Of a DNA stretch of 63,199 bases, positions 56,437-63,199 are shown piece by piece. Numbering within the stretch: position 1 is the first letter of the stretch; each line of letters begins with the position of its first letter. The position numbers were made by a program, and so were the translations under genes. The notes under the pieces are model-generated. The model saw only the letters and a list, made by a program, of their open reading frames with translations. It made no database searches and was not told the DNA's origin. This stretch comes from Candidatus Uhrbacteria bacterium (GTDB lineage: Bacteria > Patescibacteriota > Patescibacteriia > UBA9934 > GWF2-40-263), in contig JACRJU010000001.1 of the NCBI GenBank assembly GCA_016219925.1, positions 1 through 63,199 on the forward strand, written 5' to 3'.

Positions 56437-57401
56437 ATTTTTTCACGAAGCCAACGCTCGCAATCAAGAGCGGCCATGCATCCAGTTCCCGCGGCCGTCA
56501 CCGCTTGGCGATAGATATGATCGGCCACATCGCCGCCGGCAAAGACGCCTTCGACACTTGTCTGTGTCGTGTGAGGCTTGGTGACCACATAGCCCTTTTG
56601 ATCCAGCTCAAGTTGGCCTTCAAAAATTTTGGTATTCGGCATATGACCAATGGCCACAAATAATCCGTCTGCCGAAAAATCCGTCGTTTGATTCGTTTGA
56701 TGATTAAAGAGTTTAACGCCAGTCATCCGACTTCCGTCTCCCAAGACCTCCTTCACTTCCGTGTTCCAAACGAACGCAATTTTCGGATGATTCATTGCGC
56801 GCTCCTGCATAATCTTGGAAGCTCGAAGAGTGTCACGTCGATGGACGACCGTTACTTTACTCGCAAACGTTGTTAAAAAGAGGGCCTCTTCCATGGCGCT
56901 ATCGCCTCCCCCCACGACAATAATTTCTTTATTCTTGAAAAAAAACCCATCGCAGGTCGCGCATGCACTCACCCCATGACCTTGATACTGGTGCTCACCG
57001 GGGACACCGAGCCAAACCGCCTGCGCGCCTGTGCACGCAATGACCGCTTGCGCATGAACCTCCTGCGTGGCCGTGCGAATCACAAACGGTCGTTTGGAAA
57101 AATCGACAAAAATGACATCCTCGCTCACCATCCGCGCATCAAAACGCTTGGCCTGTTTCTTAAACAGGGCCATCATTTCTGGACCTTGAAGTCCCTCTGG
57201 AAATCCGGGGAAATTTTCCACCTCGGTCGTAAGCATGAGTTGTCCACCAGGACTCCCGCCCAAAGACTGTCCTTCAAACAAGATCGGAGCGAGCTGTGCC
57301 CGTGCGGCGTAAATGGCCGCGGTGTACCCCGCAGGTCCCGAGCCGATAATCACGAGTCGCTCGACCGGCGTATCTGACATATGGTTAGAGATAGCGCTCA
57401 A
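56433..57401 (-). CDS. trxB: thioredoxin-disulfide reductase
   Basis: IIGSGPAGYTAA FAD motif and redox CATCDG. Confidence 0.93.
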   Translation of the reverse strand: MSAISNHMSDTPVERLVIIGSGPAGYTAAIYAARAQLAPILFEGQSLGGSPGGQLMLTTEVENFPGFPEGLQGPEMMALFKKQAKRFDARMVSEDVIFVDFSKRPFVIRTATQEVHAQAVIACTGAQAVWLGVPGEHQYQGHGVSACATCDGFFFKNKEIIVVGGGDSAMEEALFLTTFASKVTVVHRRDTLRASKIMQERAMNHPKIAFVWNTEVKEVLGDGSRMTGVKLFNHQTNQTTDFSADGLFVAIGHMPNTKIFEGQLELDQKGYVVTKPHTTQTSVEGVFAGGDVADHIYRQAVTAAGTGCMAALDCERWLREKI

Positions 57402-57696
57402 GGCGTGCGCGAAGCGAGGCTTTATCTATGGTGCCGGAAAACTGATCCACCACTTGCCCTCCTTTAAAAAGGATAAACGTTGGAATGGAAAGAATGTTGT
57501 ACTGTTGAGCCAAATCAGTTTGTTCGTCCACATTCACCTTTCCAATCACGGCTCCAGCGACCTCCGTGGAAAGCTCTTCGATAACCGGAGCCATCACTCG
57601 ACAGGGTCCGCACCACGGCGCCCAAAAATCTACGAGCACCGGCTTAGCAGATTGCAAAACGGTTTGATCGAAATTTTCCGTGGTAAACGTGGTCAT
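57385..57696 (-). CDS. trxA: thioredoxin
   Basis: WAPWCGPCR active site; 103 aa. Confidence 0.95.
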   Translation of the reverse strand: MTTFTTENFDQTVLQSAKPVLVDFWAPWCGPCRVMAPVIEELSTEVAGAVIGKVNVDEQTDLAQQYNILSIPTFILFKGGQVVDQFSGTIDKASLRARLERYL

Positions 57697-57698
57697 AA

Positions 57699-59729
57699 TT
57701 AGCGCAAATGAATGCCGGCGATTTTTAGATGTTGTTTTTTGACTTCTTCGGTGTAGGCCTCCAAAAGATCACCTTCTTCTGGCTTGATGCGTCCCTTATA
57801 ATTCATCCCAATCTCTTGCCCTTCGGTCGCTTCTTTAAGCGTAGATTTGCCGAGCTGAATTTTTTCAATCTGTCCTTCTCCGATATACTCTCCTCCTCGA
57901 GACAAACGAAGTTTGGCTCCCGGGGCGATCACCCCTTTTTTCACACGCCCTCCGATAATCCATCCGGAATCGGTGCGACGAAAGTTTTTCATGACCCCAA
58001 ACGTTCCGCGCTCGGTCAGTTCCGTCTGGCTGGGCAACAATTTTTGCAAATCTTCAATGATCGCCTCAAACAACTTATAGATAATGGCGTACTGACGGAT
58101 TTCAACTTTTTTATCACGCGCCAACTCTTCAGCTGTCGTGGTTGGATGCACATTAAAACCGATGATGATCGCATGCGTGGCTTCGGCACTCAAAATATCG
58201 GCATCAGTGATGTTGCCCAACCCTTTTTGGGTCACCTTCACGCCCACTTGTTCATGCTGAATCTTATCAAGCATGCCCAAAATCGCTTCGAGTGATCCTA
58301 AGACATCGCAACGGATAATCAGATTGATCATCTGTTTGGCTTCGTGACCTTCTGACTCTTCTGTGGGTTGAGTGTGACGGATCGAGGCCACTTCTTCGGT
58401 GGCTTTCATCGAGCTATCGGTTGCGCGAATGCGCTTGAGCTCTTCGGAAGGATCCGGCACGTCCATGATATCTCCAACCGCTGGAGCAATTTTCCATCCA
58501 ATAATTTCTGCCGGGGTCGAAGGGATGGCTGTCTTAAGCGCATCGCGCTTCCAATCGTGCATCGCGCGAACGCGACCATACAAGGTCCCGCGCACCCCAA
58601 GGGTATCCCCCACATGAAGGGTTCCACTTTGCACCAAAACGGTCGCAATCGGACCTGAACCCGAATCCACATGCGATTCAATCACGGTGCCCAAAGCACG
58701 GTGATCCGGATCAGCAACGATACGATCCTTTTCCATATCGGCTACGAGCAACAGCATGTCAAGAAGCGTCTCAATGTTTGTGCCTTGCTTGGCAGAAATC
58801 GGAACCACAATTGTTTTGCCTCCCCAATCTTCCGGCACCAGCCCAGCCTCGGACAATTCACTTTTAACTTTGTCGATGTTCGCTTGTTCGCGATCGATTT
58901 TGTTCAAAGCAACCAAAAACGGGAGGCCGGCGGATTTGATAATATCAATCGCCTCTTTTGTTTGAGGTTGAACACCATCGTCGGCGGCCACAACCAAAAT
59001 CGCGATATCCGCCACCTTGGCTCCACGCGAACGCATGACCGTAAACGCTTCATGTCCCGGCGTATCAATAAAAGTGATCGGCTTGTCTTTGCGCACCACT
59101 TGATAAGCTCCGATGTGTTGAGTGATGCCGCCGGCTTCTGTATCCACGACATTGGTCTGTCGGATGGCATCTAGAAGTTTTGTTTTTCCATGATCCACAT
59201 GCCCCATCACCACCACCACCGGGGCACGCGGTTTCATCGCCTCGGCGTCGGCGTGTTCAACACGCTCGCGGATTTTTTCCAAACCTTCCGTATCTTCCGA
59301 AGCTCCTCGTTCTTCCCGGGTCGCTTTGAATCCCAAATCTTCCGCGATAATGCTCGCGGTATCAAAATCAATTTTTTGATTGATGGCGGCGAGGATGCCG
59401 TTGTGCATGAGTTCCTGCATGACTCGCGGCACAGGCAGTTCCAAACGAGACGCAAAATCACGCACGGTGATGGTCGAAGGAACTAAGACGACTTTTAGAT
59501 CTTCCGGCTTCATCTGCGCTCGACGCTCGGCCGCAGACTTTTGTTGCTCAACTTTCTCTGCCAATCGCTGTTTGCGCGACATCTCTGCCCAGGCCTCGAT
59601 AATTTTTTGCGCTTGCCGATTATCAATTTTGATGGCTTTATGGCCAACGCTAAAACCCAGCTCTGGCAATTTATCACGCAAGAGGTTCGGGTGGACTCGA
59701 AGTCGTCGGGCTAATTCAGTAATGTTCAT
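57699..59729 (-). CDS. infB: translation initiation factor IF-2
   Basis: [20 protein letters not shown] and NKID motifs. ATG at 59729; a TTG at 59735 is also in frame. Confidence 0.95.
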   Translation of the reverse strand: MNITELARRLRVHPNLLRDKLPELGFSVGHKAIKIDNRQAQKIIEAWAEMSRKQRLAEKVEQQKSAAERRAQMKPEDLKVVLVPSTITVRDFASRLELPVPRVMQELMHNGILAAINQKIDFDTASIIAEDLGFKATREERGASEDTEGLEKIRERVEHADAEAMKPRAPVVVVMGHVDHGKTKLLDAIRQTNVVDTEAGGITQHIGAYQVVRKDKPITFIDTPGHEAFTVMRSRGAKVADIAILVVAADDGVQPQTKEAIDIIKSAGLPFLVALNKIDREQANIDKVKSELSEAGLVPEDWGGKTIVVPISAKQGTNIETLLDMLLLVADMEKDRIVADPDHRALGTVIESHVDSGSGPIATVLVQSGTLHVGDTLGVRGTLYGRVRAMHDWKRDALKTAIPSTPAEIIGWKIAPAVGDIMDVPDPSEELKRIRATDSSMKATEEVASIRHTQPTEESEGHEAKQMINLIIRCDVLGSLEAILGMLDKIQHEQVGVKVTQKGLGNITDADILSAEATHAIIIGFNVHPTTTAEELARDKKVEIRQYAIIYKLFEAIIEDLQKLLPSQTELTERGTFGVMKNFRRTDSGWIIGGRVKKGVIAPGAKLRLSRGGEYIGEGQIEKIQLGKSTLKEATEGQEIGMNYKGRIKPEEGDLLEAYTEEVKKQHLKIAGIHLR

Positions 59730-59753
59730 AAACAAGTGAATGTTCTGACCGTA

Positions 59754-59881
59754 GAGACTTCTGCAAAACTCGATGAGATTTGCTTGAACGGGCTGACATC
59801 CTCTGAAAACGTCCTCAAACGGACGTTGAAGAGGTGTCTGGGGCCCGTGAAAGCAAAGAACGCGAGTTTTGCAGAGGTCTC
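59754..59881. repeat. 128-nt near-perfect extended hairpin (candidate structured RNA or processing site)
   Basis: There are 48 nested base pairs. P1 is 19 bp (59754-72/59863-81), P2 is 7 bp (59779-85/59851-57) and P3 is 6 bp (59788-93/59843-48). P4 is 4 bp (59795-98/59835-38), P5 is 5 bp (59800-04/59830-34) and P6 is 7 bp (59808-14/59821-27). The apical loop is tcaaac. Confidence 0.7.
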
Positions 59882-59965
59882 CGTATCAACGAAAGTGACA
59901 AACTTCTGCAAGCATAGTAAAAAAGAGCAGATCGGTCAATTCTGAATAGTTGATCGCATGGCCTT

Positions 59966-60673
59966 ATGACGGGATTTCTTCTTTTGGATAAACCAGCCGG
60001 TCTGACGTCGCATGACGTCGTGAATCGGATCCGCCGTCTCACGGGAGAACGGCGGGTCGGACACGCCGGAACGCTCGACCCGTTTGCAACGGGCTTATTG
60101 ATCGTCGGTGTTGGGCGAGAATCCACGCGCGAATTTCCCAAACTGGTTGGCTTGGATAAAACCTATCAGGCGACTTTCGTCTTGGGGGCCACATCGGATA
60201 CGGATGATCTCACCGGCGCGACCATCCCGCTTTCAGAAAACCGCCTGTCCACACTGAGAGCATTGACGCTCTCGCGCGTTCAAGAAGCCCTCCAAAAATT
60301 CGTAGGCCCTATTGAACAAATTCCTCCGACCTATAGCGCAATCAAAATCGGCGGGAAAAAAATGTATGAAGCCGCCCGCGCGGGAAAACCGCTTGAAGCC
60401 AAACCGCGACCTGTCATCATCTATTCGATCGAACAGATCGCCCTTGCCGAAAACTCACTGAGCGACAAAACCCGAGTGGTCACGCTCGTCATTCATTGCT
60501 CCTCTGGTACCTACATTCGTGCAATCGCACGCGACCTTGGACAAGCTCTCGGAGTCGGAGGATATGTCAGCACTTTACGTCGAACACACATCGGCCCGTT
60601 CACGATTGAAGAGTCCACATCCATCGATACCCCGCACCTCATCGCGATAAATACGTTTCTTTCACGGCTTTGA
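59966..60673 (+). CDS. truB: tRNA pseudouridine(55) synthase
   Basis: [15 protein letters not shown] and GHAGTLDP catalytic Asp motif. Confidence 0.93.
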   Translation: MTGFLLLDKPAGLTSHDVVNRIRRLTGERRVGHAGTLDPFATGLLIVGVGRESTREFPKLVGLDKTYQATFVLGATSDTDDLTGATIPLSENRLSTLRALTLSRVQEALQKFVGPIEQIPPTYSAIKIGGKKMYEAARAGKPLEAKPRPVIIYSIEQIALAENSLSDKTRVVTLVIHCSSGTYIRAIARDLGQALGVGGYVSTLRRTHIGPFTIEESTSIDTPHLIAINTFLSRL

Positions 60674-60891
60674 CAAAAACCGCTTCTTTTGCTAAGTTAA
60701 GCGCGTCCTTTACTTAATGTATCCTGTTTCGATGAAGACGACTCGGACGTCGCGCGTGGTTCTTATGCATATTCTGCTTCGCAATTTTTCTTTAATTTTT
60801 CCCAAAGCTTTCATTCTGAAGGCTCTTTTGGCGTAAGCATTGCACCAGACCATCTCTCCGTTTCGGCTTCTTCAAACAAGACGCCAACTTT

Positions 60892-62457
60892 ATGTCTATA
60901 CCCCTTCTGATCGGTCTCCTGATCGTTGGGCTTGCTCTCGGAGCCATCATGGGCTACTGGTATCGCCAAACACTTGGCAAAAAAGCCGCGAACCAAGCGG
61001 AAGCCAAGGCCGAAAAGATGCTCTCCGAGGCTAAGTCCAAACAACAGGAAATCCTTCAACACACGAAAAACGAACAGCAACAGCTTCTTCTTGAGGCGAA
61101 AGAAAAATCCATCGCGCTTATCGAGGAGGCCAAGCGTGAAGAACAAACACGCCGCCACGATCTTCAAGAACAGCAACATCGCCTGGAAAAACGCGAAACG
61201 CTTTTTGATGCCAAGCTCTTAGAGGTTGAAGAAAAAAAAACGAAGCTCGAGGAAAAGACGGTTGAGATTGAAAACATAAAAGAGTCCATCAGAACCATCA
61301 AAGAAGAGCAGGTCGTGAAACTTCAGGAAGTCGCAGGCCTTACTCGTGAACAAGCATTGGAACACTTGCTCCAAAAAGTTGAACAGGAGTCGCAAGAGGC
61401 CCTTATGAGCCGACTGCGAAAAATGGAACAGGTCACGGAAGAAGAATTGGAGGTAAAATCGCGTAAAGTGCTTTCACTCGCGCTCACACGTTTTGCCTCG
61501 TCGGTTTCAACGGATACGACCACCACAAGCGTCGAATTGCCAAACGACGAAATGAAGGGTCGGATCATCGGAAAAGAGGGGCGCAATATTAAAGCGATCG
61601 AAATGCTCACAGGCACAGAAATTATCGTGGACGATACGCCCCAAGCCATTACCATCAGCGGCTTCTCCCCCATCCGACGCCAAGTTGCCAAGCGCGCTCT
61701 GGAAGCCCTCATCAAAGACGGACGCATCCATCCTGCGCGTATCGAAGAGGCTGTACAGGAAGCGAAAAAATCGCTCGCGCAAGATTTGCGCAAAGCGGGT
61801 GAAGAAGCTCTCTATCAACTAGGCATTCCCGTTTCCTCGATTGATCCCAAGCTCATCTCCATTTTGGGACGCATGAAGTACCGCACGAGCTACGGACAAA
61901 ACGCTTTGCAACACTCGATCGAAGTGGGGACGATCTCCGGCATGATCGCCGAGGAACTGGGCGCGGATGTCTTTGTCTGTAAGAAGGGGGGCTTGTTTCA
62001 TGACATTGGCAAAGCGGTCGATCATGATATGCAAGGCGCGCATCCGGAGATCGGCTATAACATCATGAAAAAATTTGGTTTCCCAGAAGAAATTTGTTAT
62101 CAATCCATCGCGCATCATGAAGATCATCCGCGCACCATTGAAGGGGCCGTTGTAAAAGCGGCCGATGCCATCTCTGGAGCTCGACCCGGTGCACGCAAAC
62201 AATCCCTTGAGCAATTCATCCAACGTATGGAAGAGTTGGAACGTACGGCCAGCACGTTTGACGGCGTGGAAAAAGCTTATGCCATCCAAGCGGGCCGAGA
62301 AATCCGCGTGTTCATCCAGCCTCAAAAAATCGACGATCTTTCTGCCTTCAAACTCGCAAAGGACATCGCCAACAAAATCGAAGCCGAGCTATCCTACCCT
62401 GGGGAAATTAAAATCACCGTTATTCGCGAAACCCGCGTGATCGAGTACGCCAGATAG
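60892..62457 (+). CDS. rny: ribonuclease Y
   Basis: N-terminal TM helix, a coiled coil, a KH domain (GRIIGKEGRNIK) and an HD domain (HDIGK). Confidence 0.93.
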   Translation: MSIPLLIGLLIVGLALGAIMGYWYRQTLGKKAANQAEAKAEKMLSEAKSKQQEILQHTKNEQQQLLLEAKEKSIALIEEAKREEQTRRHDLQEQQHRLEKRETLFDAKLLEVEEKKTKLEEKTVEIENIKESIRTIKEEQVVKLQEVAGLTREQALEHLLQKVEQESQEALMSRLRKMEQVTEEELEVKSRKVLSLALTRFASSVSTDTTTTSVELPNDEMKGRIIGKEGRNIKAIEMLTGTEIIVDDTPQAITISGFSPIRRQVAKRALEALIKDGRIHPARIEEAVQEAKKSLAQDLRKAGEEALYQLGIPVSSIDPKLISILGRMKYRTSYGQNALQHSIEVGTISGMIAEELGADVFVCKKGGLFHDIGKAVDHDMQGAHPEIGYNIMKKFGFPEEICYQSIAHHEDHPRTIEGAVVKAADAISGARPGARKQSLEQFIQRMEELERTASTFDGVEKAYAIQAGREIRVFIQPQKIDDLSAFKLAKDIANKIEAELSYPGEIKITVIRETRVIEYAR

Positions 62458-62508
62458 TTGTTCTCTCGGCAAAAAAATGCTATAGAGATAGTAGAAATCG
62501 TTACTCCT

Positions 62509-62799
62509 ATGAATAAATCCGAGCTGGCCAACACCATGGCCGAAAAACTCCAAGTGTCGAAAAAGTTGGCGGAAGACTTTATCGCCGCTTTCGAACAGAT
62601 CGTCACGCGCACGCTCCAAAATGGGCAGGAGGTGACAATTGCGGGTTTTGGCACGTTTAGCGCGCGACAGCGTAAAGGGCGCATGGGAGTCAACCCCCAA
62701 AAACCATCCGAACCTATTGAAATTCCAACGGTTGTCGTCCCGAAGTTTAAAGCGGGCAAAGCGCTCAAAGACACGCTAAAAGGAAAACGTAGCATCTAA
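62509..62799 (+). CDS. hup: HU family DNA-binding protein
   Basis: MNKSELANTMAEK ... GFGTFSARQRKGRMGVNPQ ... PKFKAGKALKD (ORF open to 62458). Confidence 0.92.
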   Translation: MNKSELANTMAEKLQVSKKLAEDFIAAFEQIVTRTLQNGQEVTIAGFGTFSARQRKGRMGVNPQKPSEPIEIPTVVVPKFKAGKALKDTLKGKRSI

Positions 62800-62800
62800 A

Positions 62801-62831
62801 AAAATCGGGCCACTCGGCCCGATTTTTTTTC
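62801..62831 (+). terminator. intrinsic terminator after hup
   Basis: aaaatcgggcc-actc-ggcccgatttt hairpin followed by a T8 run. Confidence 0.8.
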
Positions 62832-63199
62832 ACAACAAAAACGATACATCCTAATAAAAAACGCCAGCGGAACCCCGATCGCTGGCGAAAGAAGAAAACG
62901 TTCACTTGTGGATGGGGCGACTTCGCAAGGCGGCGGGGATCTCGAAATCCCGGGTTTGGATCTCTCCCGCGACGAGGAAGAAGACGATGCCGATCACGGC
63001 GCAGGACAGAGCCCACGCATGTATCGAGAGATGTGCCAGAGCCAGTACAGCTCCGATACATATGCGGGATACACGCCGAATTTCTGTTGGTGACCAACTC
63101 AGAAATACAGCTTAGTATAGAGACGAATTAACTGTTTAAAGGCAGGGTTCGTGGTGTATGAACCACGACACCGCGAACTCGGCCTGTAAACACATAAAA

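Noticed and set aside
59726-59945. 61-aa minus and 69-aa plus ORFs in the infB-truB intergenic region
   Set aside because: Both run through the 128-nt palindrome and yield mirror-like peptides (ETSAKL on both strands). This is best explained as an artefact of the inverted repeat.
62765-63115. Several 60-110-aa ORFs after the hup terminator, plus a hydrophobic minus-strand frame (…ICIGAVLALAHLSIHAWALSCAVIGIVFFLVAGEI…, stop near 62905)
   Set aside because: The listed ORFs have implausible composition. The TM-like frame is bounded upstream by TAA (~63113) and has no ATG and only a late GTG, so I cannot support a gene call. It may be a small membrane protein with a non-canonical start.
1-63199. 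Search for CRISPR arrays, rRNA, tRNA, transposase or integrase genes, and island-flanking direct repeats
   Set aside because: I saw no regularly spaced short repeats, no rRNA or tRNA signatures, and no recombinase ORFs. The flanks of the GC-rich islands share no obvious direct repeats by eye. A computational repeat search would be needed to be definitive.

Overview
This 63.2-kb bacterial window is mostly minus-strand housekeeping genes. It carries an str/S10/spc ribosomal superoperon (rpsL-rpsG-fusA ... tuf-rpsJ-rplC ... rplO-secY ... adk-map). It also carries three class IIb aminoacyl-tRNA synthetase genes, leuS, infB, truB, rny, hup, murA, murI, ndk, the trxA/trxB pair, gdh, ugd and a split comEC. 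I found no rRNA, tRNA or CRISPR array. The missing rpmD (L30), the small biosynthetic repertoire, ComEC and a DGR fit a Patescibacteria/CPR-like genome, but that is inference only. The strongest finding is a complete diversity-generating retroelement at 12.1-16.8 kb. A 128-bp template repeat and a variable repeat differ at 18 positions, and every difference sits at an adenine of the template on the coding strand. The cassette has a reverse transcriptase with the DGR-type IGNLTSQ motif and an Avd-like helical-bundle gene. Its 986-aa target fuses a MoxR/AAA_5-like ATPase to a C-terminal variable lectin-like module, and it lies beside a transglutaminase-vWA protein. The conserved backbone is also interrupted by compositionally foreign segments. 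By hand counts on 60-nt samples, four GC-rich islands are about 62-70% GC, the backbone is about 50-55% GC, and the RT/ATPase genes are about 33-37% GC. The islands are an AsnRS-like paralog, a 2OG-Fe(II) oxygenase wedged between secY and adk, a two-gene island with a RelA/SpoT-like nucleotidyltransferase plus an unknown partner, and an orphan plus-strand gene with its own promoter and terminator. Unexplained non-coding structure includes a 128-nt near-perfect extended hairpin between infB and truB and a 333-bp structured spacer between rpsJ and rplC.
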